This document shows positions 19,143 through 29,539 of a DNA stretch of 44,453 nt, piece after piece. This DNA comes from an uncultured Oscillospiraceae bacterium (GTDB lineage: Bacteria; Bacillota; Clostridia; Peptostreptococcales; Anaerovoracaceae): assembly GCA_964370035.1 (NCBI GenBank), contig CAYJGT010000002.1, forward strand, positions 1 through 44,453, in the 5' to 3' direction. The first letter of the stretch is position 1. Each line of letters begins with the position of its first letter. The notes beneath the pieces are model-generated. The model did not search any database and was not told where the DNA came from. It saw only the letters and a list, made by a program, of their open reading frames with translations. The translations under genes were made by a program, and so were the position numbers.

Positions 19143-20979
19143 CTTCGTCCCTTATATCCTTCCATCTCTCTTCCTTAGCCCCACCTGTGTTCATTCCTAG
19201 TCTATCTTCAGTCTTTTCAAGCTCATTCCATAATTTATCCGGAAGGCTATCTCCGAACATTTCATAAAACTCTCTAACGCCCTTCATTTCCTCAACCCAT
19301 ATGTCATTATCTACAGTTAATATTTCCTTTAACTGTTCCTCTGTGATATCGCATTGATTAATGTCTACATCTGCCAAGTGAGGAACCTTTCCTATAGGCG
19401 TTTTAACCGCATCAAATCCATCATGACATCTTTCAAGTATCCACTCAAGGGCTCTAATATTCTCTCCAAATCCTGGCCATATAAACTTTCCGTTTTCATC
19501 AGTTCTAAACCAGTTTACATTGAAAATTTTAGGCTTATGTTCAATTTGCTTACCCATATCCAACCAATGTTGCCAGTAGTCTCCCATATTATAACCACAG
19601 AAAGGTAGCATTGCCATTGGGTCTCTTCTAACTACTCCTACTGCTCCCTCTTTTGCCGCAGTTGTTTCTGATGTCATAGTTGAGCCTACAAATACTCCAT
19701 GCTCCCAATCTCTTGACTGATATACTAGCGGTGCCGCCTTTGCCCTTCTTCCACCAAAAATAATTGCAGAAATTGGAACTCCCCTATCACTATCAAACTC
19801 GGTAGATAGAACTGGACAATTAACTGCCGGCGCTGTAAATCTTGAGTTCGGATGAGCTCCTGGTGTTCCTTTTGAGCTGTCCCATTTTTCACCCTTCCAG
19901 TCTAATGCATTCTGAGGAGGGTTCTTGTCTAAGCCTTCCCACCAAACTGTATTGTCGTCTAGGTTTTTAACTACATTTGTAAAAATTGTATTTCTTTCCA
20001 TAGACTTAAGGGCATTTGGATTAGATTTTGCACCTGTTCCAGGAGCAACTCCAAAGAATCCATTCTCTGGGTTTGTAGCCCAAAGTCTTCCGTCTTCTCC
20101 TACTCTTAGCCATGCAATGTCATCACCTACACAGTATATTTTCCAACCTGCTTTTTGGTATAACGGAGGAGGAATTAACATTGCTAAGTTTGTCTTTCCG
20201 CAAGCAGAAGGGAATGCTGCTGCTACATATCTAATTTTTCCTCTTGGGTTTTCAATACCCAAAATAAGCATGTGTTCCGCTAACCAGCCTTCTTCTTTCG
20301 CTTGATGGGAAGCTATTCTAAGAGCTAAGCATTTTTTTCCAAGAAGAACGTTTCCGCCATAACCTGAATTAATAGACATAATACAGTTATCCTCTGGGAA
20401 ATGTACAATGTATCTTTCTTCCGGATCCAAATTAGCCTTTGCATGCCACCCTTTAGTAAACTGCGAGGATTCTCCAAGGCCTATTAAAGCTTCTTTTCCA
20501 ATTTTAGTCATAATAGCCATGCTTAATACCACATATATTGAGTCAGTAATTTCTACTCCATATTTAGCAAATGAGGATCCTGGAACTCCCATTACAAAAG
20601 GAACAACATACATTTCTTTTCCTTTCATGGAACCTTTATATAGAGCTTTCATTTTTGCATACATTTTTTCTGGTTCCATCCAATTATTTGTAGGACCTGC
20701 ATCTTTTTCTGTTTTTGTACAAATATATGTTCTATCTTCAACTCTAGCCACATCTCTAACATCACTTCTATGTAAATAGCAACCTGGCATTTTCTCTTGG
20801 TTCAGTTCTTCTAGGATTCCTAAATCACAGGCTTCCTTTCTTAGGGTATCAAGTTGGTCTTCTTCCCCTGTAATCCAAACAACAGTTTCAGCTTCCGTTA
20901 ACTCTACTACCTCTTCAATCCACTCTAACACATGATGGTTGTCAGTAAGCGCATTAGACATGAAAATCTTCTTATCCAT
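19129..20979 (-). CDS. pckG: phosphoenolpyruvate carboxykinase (GTP-dependent)
   Basis: 616-aa ORF with GTP-PEPCK signatures ([10 protein letters not shown]-loop/kinase-1a, GDDIAW, NWF). Its 3' end overlaps the tyrS start by 14 nt. Confidence 0.93.
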   Translation of the reverse strand: MDKKIFMSNALTDNHHVLEWIEEVVELTEAETVVWITGEEDQLDTLRKEACDLGILEELNQEKMPGCYLHRSDVRDVARVEDRTYICTKTEKDAGPTNNWMEPEKMYAKMKALYKGSMKGKEMYVVPFVMGVPGSSFAKYGVEITDSIYVVLSMAIMTKIGKEALIGLGESSQFTKGWHAKANLDPEERYIVHFPEDNCIMSINSGYGGNVLLGKKCLALRIASHQAKEEGWLAEHMLILGIENPRGKIRYVAAAFPSACGKTNLAMLIPPPLYQKAGWKIYCVGDDIAWLRVGEDGRLWATNPENGFFGVAPGTGAKSNPNALKSMERNTIFTNVVKNLDDNTVWWEGLDKNPPQNALDWKGEKWDSSKGTPGAHPNSRFTAPAVNCPVLSTEFDSDRGVPISAIIFGGRRAKAAPLVYQSRDWEHGVFVGSTMTSETTAAKEGAVGVVRRDPMAMLPFCGYNMGDYWQHWLDMGKQIEHKPKIFNVNWFRTDENGKFIWPGFGENIRALEWILERCHDGFDAVKTPIGKVPHLADVDINQCDITEEQLKEILTVDNDIWVEEMKGVREFYEMFGDSLPDKLWNELEKTEDRLGMNTGGAKEERWKDIRDEDETN

Positions 20980-21070
20980 CCTTAATTATCCTCTTTCTAT
21001 ACATCAGTTATTACTATGTTTTATAAGCTTTTTCTTTGATTCTTTTCTGCTTAGCCCAGCTCAGGCCATA

Positions 21071-21122
21071 AATGCCTAGGCTGATGAAAGCCGCAAAATG
21101 CCTAGGCTAATGAAAGCCGCAA
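21071..21122. repeat. 2 x 26-bp tandem direct repeat, each unit containing the palindrome GCCTAGGC
   Basis: AATGCCTAGGCTGATGAAAGCCGCAA (21071-21096) and AATGCCTAGGCTAATGAAAGCCGCAA (21097-21122) match at 25 of 26 positions. They lie between the upp stop and the pck start. Confidence 0.9.
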
Positions 21123-21178
21123 GCGTCTAGAGCTACATTGCCCTTTAATTTCAATTGCTAATCTCCTGTCTCTGTGCC

Positions 21179-21838
<660 letters not shown>

Positions 21839-21895
21839 TTATTAACTTTACATTTATATTCTTTATCGTATGTCAGAACGCATCTCTTTTAAGTT

Positions 21896-22357
21896 CTACA
21901 TTTCATCAAGCATATCTACTCTTCTTTGGTGTCTTCCGCCTTCAAAGCTAGTGGATATCCAAGTTTTAACTATTTTCATAGCATCACCTTTCGATGTAAT
22001 TCTTCCTCCTAGGGCTAATACATTAGAATCGTTATGTTTCCTCGTCATCTCAGCCATATAATCATCTGTGCAAAGTGCACACCTGACACCTTTAATTTTA
22101 TTTGCTGCAATAGATATCCCAATTCCTGTACCACAAACAACTATTCCTCTATCTACCTCTCCCTTTGCAACAGCCTCTGCACATTTTTTACCATACTCCG
22201 GATAATCTACTGAATCCTCTGAGTTTGTCCCAAGATCTACCACCTCTATCTTGTGGCAATTCCCTTCCCCACAAACGGTCTTTTCATAAGTCAGATACTC
22301 TTTCAAGTATTCCTTAAGTTCATATCCTCCATGATCACTTGAGATTGCAATCTTCAT
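21896..22357 (-). CDS. rpiB: ribose-5-phosphate isomerase B (RpiB/LacAB family)
   Basis: 153-aa ORF with KIAISSDHGGYELK and GIVVCGTGIGISIAANK, the RpiB hallmarks. Confidence 0.9.
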   Translation of the reverse strand: MKIAISSDHGGYELKEYLKEYLTYEKTVCGEGNCHKIEVVDLGTNSEDSVDYPEYGKKCAEAVAKGEVDRGIVVCGTGIGISIAANKIKGVRCALCTDDYMAEMTRKHNDSNVLALGGRITSKGDAMKIVKTWISTSFEGGRHQRRVDMLDEM

Positions 22358-22470
22358 GTAGGTCCTCCCTTTCTAATTGCTTTCCAATTTTTTTAGGTTT
22401 TCTTCCAAGCCATAAAATCTTTTATGGCATATTTTTCAACTGATTCTTTTAACCAGTCCTATAAATAAAT

Positions 22471-23601
22471 TTATACCTTTACAATATTATAACCTGCAGC
22501 CTTCATCATCCGATTCATTACTGCAAATCCAACCCCATCAGTGTCGCTTAAAGCTCCCGCTAAAATTAAATCAACTCCCTCTTTATCCATATCTCGAAGT
22601 TGTGAAAAGAACTTACTCGCTGCTTCAAGAAAGGCTTTTTCCTCAAAAAGAATTACCCCTACTTTATTCCCTAATCTTTCATTTAACTTCTGAAGTCGTT
22701 CTATTTCTTTCTTTACCTTTTCCCGTTGACCTTCTACTACCAACATCTTTGCATTAGGAGCATAGTGCTTATATTTCATTCCTGGGGACTTAGCCACGAA
22801 AGCATTTTGATAATGGCTCCTGTGACTTTGTTCAACTTCATCCGCAAAAAAGTCTGCTTCGAGTTCTAAATTACCTTCGCCTAATTCTGATCTAAACTCT
22901 TCATCTTTTTCATTTTCCAATAAGCTTGGGTGAAGCACAACTTTTTTCTTTGTAGCTATACTTATATCCGCTGCAGTTATTATTCCTGGTCTAAGAATGG
23001 TTAATACATCTCCTGTCACATCCAGAACCGTAGATTCAATTCCTACTCTGCAATCATCCCCTATAACAATGCCATCAATAATACCGTCTAAATCATCAAC
23101 CACATGCTCACCTTTAGTGGGGCTAGGCTTTCCAGACAAATTTGCACTTGGCGCCGCTACTGGGCACCCTGCTTTATTAATTAGTTCAAGAGCAATCGCA
23201 TTGTCTGGCATTCTTACTGCTACGGTCTCTAACCCCCCTGTAGCCTCTTTTGGAACTATGTCCTTTTTCTTAACAACTAAGGTTAATGGCCCTGGCCAAA
23301 ACTGCTCAATTAAAGTAACTATTGTTGGTGAAAGCATAGGCGTTACAGCACCAATGTCGCTTGCTCTCGCAATGTGCACTATCATAGGATTATCTGCCGG
23401 CCTTCCTTTCGCCTTATATACTTTTTTTACTGCTTTTTCATCTAAAGCATTAGCCCCTAGGCCGTAGACTGTTTCTGTAGGGAATGCAACCAATCCGCCT
23501 TTTGATAGAAGCTTTGCAGCTTCTTCTATTTTACTTTGATCTCCTACATTAGCAAGTTCGCTATTTTCTATCTTAAAAATTTGTGTTTTCTTTTTGAACA
23601 T
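22471..23601 (-). CDS. tsaC: L-threonylcarbamoyladenylate synthase, Sua5/YwlC type (YrdC plus Sua5 domains)
   Basis: YrdC-domain motifs (PTETVYGLGANA, KGRPADNPMIVH, SANLSGKPSPT), the SPGMKYKHYAP linker motif and a C-terminal Sua5 domain. Confidence 0.9.
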   Translation of the reverse strand: MFKKKTQIFKIENSELANVGDQSKIEEAAKLLSKGGLVAFPTETVYGLGANALDEKAVKKVYKAKGRPADNPMIVHIARASDIGAVTPMLSPTIVTLIEQFWPGPLTLVVKKKDIVPKEATGGLETVAVRMPDNAIALELINKAGCPVAAPSANLSGKPSPTKGEHVVDDLDGIIDGIVIGDDCRVGIESTVLDVTGDVLTILRPGIITAADISIATKKKVVLHPSLLENEKDEEFRSELGEGNLELEADFFADEVEQSHRSHYQNAFVAKSPGMKYKHYAPNAKMLVVEGQREKVKKEIERLQKLNERLGNKVGVILFEEKAFLEAASKFFSQLRDMDKEGVDLILAGALSDTDGVGFAVMNRMMKAAGYNIVKV

Positions 23602-23620
23602 TTATATTCCCTTATACATG

Positions 23621-24688
23621 TTAGAAATTCTTCATTTTTTCAGCTTGATCCATGGTAATTAGCCCGTCTATTATCTCATCCATATCTCCGTCCAGAAAAG
23701 TTTCTAGCCTATAAATTGTTGCTCCTGATCTGTGTTCTGATATTCTTCCTTGCTGAAAATTATAAGTCCTTATCCTTTCACTTCTATCCCCTGATCCAAC
23801 TTGACTCTTTCTTTGGCTAGCTATTTCTTTATTTTGTTCTTGTAGCTTCATATCATAAAGCCTTGCTCTTAAAACTTTAAAGGCTTTATCCTTATTCTTT
23901 ATTTGAGACTTTTCATCTTGGCAGGTTACCACTACGCCTGTAGGCTCATGTGTTAATCTTACTGCTGAGTCTGTTGTATTTACACTTTGCCCGCCATTAC
24001 CTGACGATCTATACACATCAACCCTTACATCGCTAGGATTGATTTCAATTTCCACATCGTCCACTTCAGGAAGAACTGCTACTGTAGCCGCCGATGTATG
24101 TACTCTCCCACTGGATTCTGTTTCAGGAACTCTTTGAACCCTATGGGTTCCGCTTTCATATTTAAGGCGTGAGTATGCCCCATTCCCTTTAATCAAAATG
24201 CTTGCCTCTTTAATTCCACCAATTCCAGTATCATTAACATCCATCATTTCGGTTTTCCAACCATGTCTTTCTGCATATCTAGAATACATTCTCAAAAGAT
24301 CACTCCCAAACAATGCTGCTTCATCTCCGCCGGTCCCTGCTCTTATTTCGACAATTACGTTTTTACTATCATTAGGATCTTTAGGAAGTAACAATATCTT
24401 CAATTCACTCTCTAGTGGCTCTACTTGCTTTTCTAAATCCGAAAGTTCTTCTTTCCCCATTTCCCAAAGTTCTTTATCTAACCCGCTTTCATCAAGCATC
24501 TCTTTGGTCGATATAATATCTTCTTTTACTTTCCTGTATGCTTTATATTTATTTACGATAGGCTCCATTTCTCCCATTTCCTTAACATGTTTCTGCCAAA
24601 CTTCTTGATCGGCTATAACCTCTGGGTCTGAAACCTTTAAAGATAATTCTTCAAATTTATCTGTAATAAAATCTAATTTGTCAAACAT
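23621..24688 (-). CDS. prfA: peptide chain release factor 1
   Basis: 355-aa ORF with the GGQ motif ([17 protein letters not shown]) and an RF1-type recognition region. Confidence 0.97.
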   Translation of the reverse strand: MFDKLDFITDKFEELSLKVSDPEVIADQEVWQKHVKEMGEMEPIVNKYKAYRKVKEDIISTKEMLDESGLDKELWEMGKEELSDLEKQVEPLESELKILLLPKDPNDSKNVIVEIRAGTGGDEAALFGSDLLRMYSRYAERHGWKTEMMDVNDTGIGGIKEASILIKGNGAYSRLKYESGTHRVQRVPETESSGRVHTSAATVAVLPEVDDVEIEINPSDVRVDVYRSSGNGGQSVNTTDSAVRLTHEPTGVVVTCQDEKSQIKNKDKAFKVLRARLYDMKLQEQNKEIASQRKSQVGSGDRSERIRTYNFQQGRISEHRSGATIYRLETFLDGDMDEIIDGLITMDQAEKMKNF

Positions 24689-24895
24689 TTCTGCTCCTTT
24701 TTATACTACTGTTTCGTTTAATAACACGACAATATTTTTCTCTTATCTAACTTAATATTATACCACAAACTGCTTAAAGTTTCTAAAATATCAACAATTT
24801 TTGTGTTGCTTTATTTTATCTTAGGTGATTATATTACAGCTCAGTATAATTATTTTGGATACTCATCAACGCACCCTTAAAACGACCCTCAATTG

Positions 24896-25630
24896 CTAAT
24901 CCACATTACTTTGCGCATTTGTTTTAAGGTTACTCTTTAGCTTAATTCCCCCTATTAAAAACAGTATCGGAAGTGCTCCATTAAAGGCTAATGATAATAT
25001 CCCTGCAACAATTAGCATTGAGCTTCCTAGGAAGACCCCTACTATTGTGGGTAAAAAGGCTAACCCAAGCATTATTATTGAAAATTTAATAATTTTATGC
25101 CCTTTTTTTGGTTTGTAAAAATTTTGTATACCATAAATTCCAAAGGCCAACATGGTGCTCGACAAAGCAAGGGTTAATATATCCGAAAACATGTCAAACC
25201 AATATGGCACTCCATATTCATCGCTATAGCTTATTTTGCTTGAAGACATAAATTCCCCCAAGCTACTTAGAATAGCAAGACTTCCAAAAATTATCATAAT
25301 AATCGCCACAAGCTTTACAAATTTTTCGCCCTTAATTTTTTTCACATCTTGCGGACGAGTGTCAGTTTTGCTAGCACTCCCATCGGCATAAATCAGCCCT
25401 TCTTCAGAGATTTCTTTCTCCTCTCCATTTGACTCTTGGTCGAATTTTTCTGCGTCGCCTTTATCCTCTATTCCTTCAACAGCCTTTACATAGGACAAGG
25501 CTTTCAGCCTTTCGTCTTCATCTGTTTTTTTTGCTAAAGCTTCCCTTTTCTTAACACTTATTTCACTTCCACATTTTCCACAGTGGTATGTATTTGCAGT
25601 CAACAACCCACCACAATTTTCACAGTACAT
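24896..25630 (-). CDS. zinc-ribbon membrane protein of unknown function
   Basis: The track ORF is trimmed to the ATG at 25630, which is preceded by GGAGG. The N-terminus is CENCG-x11-CGKCG, followed by an acidic linker and about 4 C-terminal TM helices. Confidence 0.55.
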   Translation of the reverse strand: MYCENCGGLLTANTYHCGKCGSEISVKKREALAKKTDEDERLKALSYVKAVEGIEDKGDAEKFDQESNGEEKEISEEGLIYADGSASKTDTRPQDVKKIKGEKFVKLVAIIMIIFGSLAILSSLGEFMSSSKISYSDEYGVPYWFDMFSDILTLALSSTMLAFGIYGIQNFYKPKKGHKIIKFSIIMLGLAFLPTIVGVFLGSSMLIVAGILSLAFNGALPILFLIGGIKLKSNLKTNAQSNVD

Positions 25631-25696
25631 TTTTTCCTCCGCTTTTATTATTTCTAAAAAATAAGCGCTCGCATAAAATGCAAGCACTTGATTTTA

Positions 25697-25897
25697 CTAG
25701 TCCAAATTGTATTTTGTCTTGAACTTTTCAACTCGCCCACCTTTGTGAGAGAACTTTTGCTGGCCTGTAAAGAACGGATGGCACGATGAACAAATTTCAA
25801 GTCTTATTTCTTCGCCTAAAGATTTTGTTTCAAATGTGTTTCCGCATGCGCAAGTTACTTTACATTCCTTGTAATCAGGATGGATTCCTTCCTTCAT
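25697..25897 (-). CDS. rpmE: 50S ribosomal protein L31 (Zn-binding type A)
   Basis: 66-aa ORF: MKEGIHPDY...CACGN...[10 protein letters not shown]. Confidence 0.95.
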   Translation of the reverse strand: MKEGIHPDYKECKVTCACGNTFETKSLGEEIRLEICSSCHPFFTGQQKFSHKGGRVEKFKTKYNLD

Positions 25898-26156
25898 GCT
25901 TTCACCTCTTTCTGTTAGTGATTACTATTGTTACTTTTAACTAGCTTAGTTTATCACGAATCCTAATATTATGCAAGGATTTTTTGCATTACCCGCACCT
26001 GCCCAAGTGTAAGTTTCTCCCAAGTTTCTCCCCATAGTTTCTCTTAACTTCACATTACCAATAAATGTAATTAATGTTTGATTTAGGGTTTACCTTTTTT
26101 ACAAATTAGTATATACTATAGCAAATCTTATCTATATTAATTATGGAGGTAATATT

Positions 26157-26267
26157 ATGAAATGGAAATGTATTGTGTGCGATTATGTTCACGAAGGCGA
26201 CACTGCCCCTGATGAGTGTCCTGTCTGCGGCGTTGGAGCTGACCAATTTGTAGAAAGTAACGATTAG
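26157..26267 (+). CDS. rubredoxin-like CxxC...CPxCG mini-protein (36 aa; not in the ORF track)
   Basis: ATG at 26157 preceded by GGAGGTAATATT. Translation: MKWKCIVCDYVHEGDTAPDECPVCGVGADQFVESND. The TAG stop at 26265-26267 is 1 nt before the next ATG. Confidence 0.6.
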   Translation: MKWKCIVCDYVHEGDTAPDECPVCGVGADQFVESND

Positions 26268-26268
26268 T

Positions 26269-26595
26269 ATGAAAATTCAATTCACCAAAACAGCTTTTGA
26301 CAAATATCTTGAAGAGTTGCAGTCTGGCAAACAATTTGGCTTATCCCTAGTAAAAGGTGGGTGCTGCGGCTATGTTTTAGCCTTTGATGTTCTATATTCT
26401 TCAAAAAATAGAAAGATGATAGAAATTTTGTTGCCCCAATCTGATTCTGAAGGAAATACAAAGTATTTACCGTCTGGAACTTCAGTTCCAGTTTCAGAGG
26501 AAGCTTCAGGAATTGCTAGAAGCGCTCTTATTGATTATAAGTCATCAGGTTTTAGAAAATCATTCAAAGTCTATCCTAACCAGATTAAAGACTAA
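26269..26595 (+). CDS. hypothetical protein, possibly a divergent HesB/IscA-like (Fe-S biogenesis fold) protein
   Basis: 108-aa ORF. The N-terminal pattern IQFTKTAFDKYLEEL...GLSLVKGGCCGY resembles PF01521-type proteins, but the C-terminal Cys pair is absent. Confidence 0.4.
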   Translation: MKIQFTKTAFDKYLEELQSGKQFGLSLVKGGCCGYVLAFDVLYSSKNRKMIEILLPQSDSEGNTKYLPSGTSVPVSEEASGIARSALIDYKSSGFRKSFKVYPNQIKD

Positions 26596-26602
26596 TTAAA
26601 AT

Positions 26603-26628
26603 AAAGAGAGACCAGTTGGTCTCTCTTT
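26603..26628. terminator. bidirectional rho-independent terminator (convergent HesB-like ORF and coaX)
   Basis: Perfect 11-bp stem AAAGAGAGACC/GGTCTCTCTTT with a 4-nt loop, flanked by an A-run upstream and ATTTT downstream. Confidence 0.75.
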
Positions 26629-26673
26629 ATTTTAATTGATTTTCCATATTACAGAGCATATCACCTTGCTCAA

Positions 26674-27465
26674 CTACCTATTTTCCTTATTCAATTCATA
26701 AATAATTCTTAACCCTTCTAAGGTTAACATTTTATCTACATGATCAATACAGTCTACACCTTTGGCTATCATGCTTGCAGTGCCTCCTGTTGCAATTACC
26801 TTGATACCAGTTCCTTCCGAGATAATATCATTAAGTTCTTTTTTCATTCTCTTGACAATAAACTCCACCGCTCCCATATGCCCCATTACTACTCCTGTTT
26901 TAATACTTTCACTTGTTTCTTTGCAAATCACATTTTCAGTATAGTCAAGTTCAACCTTAGGCAATTTTGCAGTTTTTTCAAAAAGAGCCCCTGAAGATAT
27001 TAACAGTCCTGGCGCAATTGAGCCTCCTAGGTACTCCCCTTTTTCAGTAATCGCACAAAAAGTTGTGGCCGTACCAAAGTCTATAATTATCAACGCTCCA
27101 TCAAATTTAGCTCTAGCTCCAACTGCATTTACTATTCTATCTGCCCCAACTTGAGCAGGATTATCATACATAACTTTTAACCCTGTTTTAATTTCCGAAT
27201 TTACAATGATCGGCTTTTTCTTGAAATACTTTGTTGACGCGTGCATCAAAGAAAATAACGAGGATGGTACAACTGTTGAAATTATTACATCTTCTACATC
27301 TTCAATATTTATTTTCTCGTGGGCAAACAGTTGTATAAGCATCATCCCATACTCATCAGCACTTTTATTGCTATCTGTACTAAATCTCCAATTTTGCACT
27401 AGTTTATCACCTTCAAAAGCTCCAACTACTATATTTGTATTTCCCACATCAAAAGTTAATAACAT
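26674..27465 (-). CDS. coaX: type III pantothenate kinase
   Basis: 263-aa ORF with LLTFDVGNTN, GADR, IIIDFGTATT and ATGG motifs typical of CoaX. Confidence 0.92.
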   Translation of the reverse strand: MLLTFDVGNTNIVVGAFEGDKLVQNWRFSTDSNKSADEYGMMLIQLFAHEKINIEDVEDVIISTVVPSSLFSLMHASTKYFKKKPIIVNSEIKTGLKVMYDNPAQVGADRIVNAVGARAKFDGALIIIDFGTATTFCAITEKGEYLGGSIAPGLLISSGALFEKTAKLPKVELDYTENVICKETSESIKTGVVMGHMGAVEFIVKRMKKELNDIISEGTGIKVIATGGTASMIAKGVDCIDHVDKMLTLEGLRIIYELNKENR

Positions 27466-27842
27466 ACTCTTCTCCTTTTAAAAATTTTCATGTTTAAAAA
27501 CTAGGATAACTCAATTAACTAGTACATTATAATCCCATCAATATAATATTTCAAACACTATTTTATTTATTTATTTTTTTAATAAAAAATATTGCAAAAT
27601 AATTCGTATTCACATCTAGGCAACTGCCGATGCCTTTGCCTAGATTAAGTCTATCTAATTATCATCAGTCTGTCAATTTTTTTAATCTTTTCTGCTTCTT
27701 CACTGTTTTTCTTCCCAAAGTTGATAACCTTTCCTAGTTTATTCTAAACACAGTTTCTGTTATACTCTATTTACTACTTATTTTATACAGTTTAACCTAG
27801 AATCTTTTTAGGAAAAGTTTCAAGAAAGTTGGTATTATTTAA

Positions 27843-28832
27843 ATGAAAATAGAATTAGGGAGAATAAAACTTGACAACCCTTTCATACTAGCCCCAATGG
27901 CAGGAGTTACCGATAGACCCTTTAGAGTAATCTGCAAGCAGATGGGAACATCTCTTGTTTACAGCGAAATGGTTAGTGCTAAGGGAATGTTCTACGGAGA
28001 TAAAAATACAGAAAAACTCCTTTTAACTTCTCCTAATGAGCAACCTGTAGCCTTTCAAATTTTCGGTTCAGAGCCCGATGTAATTAAGTACGCAGCAGAA
28101 AACCTTGCTGACAGAGATAATGTTATTTTAGACATTAATATGGGCTGCCCAGTCCCCAAAATAGTTAAAAATGGAGAAGGCTCTGCCCTAATGAAAAATC
28201 CAGATTTGGTATATCAATTAGTCAAAGTAGCTAGGTCTGTCAGCGGGAAACCTGTAACTGCAAAAATTCGTCTTGGCTGGGATAAGAATTCCATCAATGG
28301 AGTAGAAGTAGCACAGGCTATTGAATCTGCTGGTGCTGAATTTATAGCAGTTCACGGTAGAACTAGAGAAGAATTCTATAACGGTACTGCAGATTGGGAA
28401 GGCATTGCAAAGATAAAGCAGGCTATAAATATTCCAGTTGTTGGAAATGGAGATATTTTTACAGGTATAGATGGAGTAACCTGTTTAACAACTTATGGTG
28501 TGGACGCTGTAATGATCGGAAGAGGAGCTATGGGAAATCCATTTATCTTTAGAGAACTAACAGAGGCATGGGCTTATTATATTAACAAGGGAAATCTAAA
28601 TGGTTATATTCCAGTCGAAGTGACCCTTCTAGAAAAAATGCAAGTTTTGCTAGAACAGTTCAACCTTCTTATAGAGGAAAAGGGCGAGTATGTTGCAGTT
28701 CGCCAGATTAGATCTCATGGCGCTTGGTACTTAAAAGGAGTTAGAGGTGGTTCTAAAATTAAGCAACAGCTAAACAGTCTTACCACTAAAGATCAAGTCA
28801 AAGCCCTGTTCTCTTCAATACCTATTTCTTAA
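27843..28832 (+). CDS. dusB: tRNA-dihydrouridine synthase
   Basis: 329-aa ORF with LAPMAGVTD, DINMGCP, VHGRT and GNGDI motifs. Confidence 0.92.
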   Translation: MKIELGRIKLDNPFILAPMAGVTDRPFRVICKQMGTSLVYSEMVSAKGMFYGDKNTEKLLLTSPNEQPVAFQIFGSEPDVIKYAAENLADRDNVILDINMGCPVPKIVKNGEGSALMKNPDLVYQLVKVARSVSGKPVTAKIRLGWDKNSINGVEVAQAIESAGAEFIAVHGRTREEFYNGTADWEGIAKIKQAINIPVVGNGDIFTGIDGVTCLTTYGVDAVMIGRGAMGNPFIFRELTEAWAYYINKGNLNGYIPVEVTLLEKMQVLLEQFNLLIEEKGEYVAVRQIRSHGAWYLKGVRGGSKIKQQLNSLTTKDQVKALFSSIPIS

Positions 28833-28940
28833 AGAGCCTTTTTAATCTTCCTCTTTAACCGCTTTAACCAACCTCTTAGAAATCTGCGTCTATATCTTGC
28901 TAGCATTAGTAGTGCAACTAACCTTAAATCTTACAATTAA

Positions 28941-28985
28941 AACAGGAACCTACTTCTCAAAGTGAAATAGGTTCCTGTTGTTTTT
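28941..28985. terminator. bidirectional terminator between dusB and the decarboxylase operon
   Basis: Perfect 11-bp stem AACAGGAACCT/AGGTTCCTGTT (28941-28951 / 28969-28979), then GTTTTT. An A-run precedes it. Confidence 0.7.
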
Positions 28986-29034
28986 ATGTATGAGCTTATA
29001 ATTTGTTTCAACTATTAGAATTCAAATTATAAAT

Positions 29035-29427
29035 CTACTTTAGAGATACTAAAACATCTCCTGCATTTACTGCAGCGCCCTTAGGTGCCGGAATCGCATC
29101 AACTGTTCCAGCTTGTGGTGCAACAATTTCATTTTCCATCTTCATTGCTTCAAGAACTACTAGTACATCTCCTGCATTTACTGCTTGTCCAACAGTTACA
29201 TTAACTTCAAACACTGTTCCAGGCATTGGAGCTGTTACTGTTGTTGCTCCTGCAGAAGGAGCTGCCGCTGGAGCTGGGGCTGCTTTTGGAGCCGCTGGCG
29301 CTGCTGGCGCAGGTGCCGCAACTGGAGCTGCTGCTACAGGCGCGGCTGCGGCTGGTGCAGATCCTTTAACTTCTTCTACATCTACTACATATGTTGTTCC
29401 ATTTACTGTTATGTTATATTGTTTCAT
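29035..29427 (-). CDS. biotin carboxyl carrier subunit (gamma) of a methylmalonyl-/glutaconyl-CoA-type decarboxylase
   Basis: 130-aa ORF with an Ala/Pro-rich linker and the biotinylation motif EAMKMENEI in a C-terminal biotinyl domain. Confidence 0.85.
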   Translation of the reverse strand: MKQYNITVNGTTYVVDVEEVKGSAPAAAAPVAAAPVAAPAPAAPAAPKAAPAPAAAPSAGATTVTAPMPGTVFEVNVTVGQAVNAGDVLVVLEAMKMENEIVAPQAGTVDAIPAPKGAAVNAGDVLVSLK

Positions 29428-29539
29428 ACTTTTTCTCCTTCACTTGTCTTTTTAACCTATCATTTGTTTTAATCATTTAACGCCTTATAACAGGCTAAAA
29501 ATCCTAGGTAACTATTTTTCATTTTATTTCTAAAAAAGT

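Noticed and set aside
21071-21122. cre (CcpA) site within the 26-bp repeats upstream of pck (TGAAAGCCGCAAAA)
   Set aside because: It mismatches the central CG and the 3' half of the cre consensus (TGWNANCGNTNWCA) at several invariant positions.
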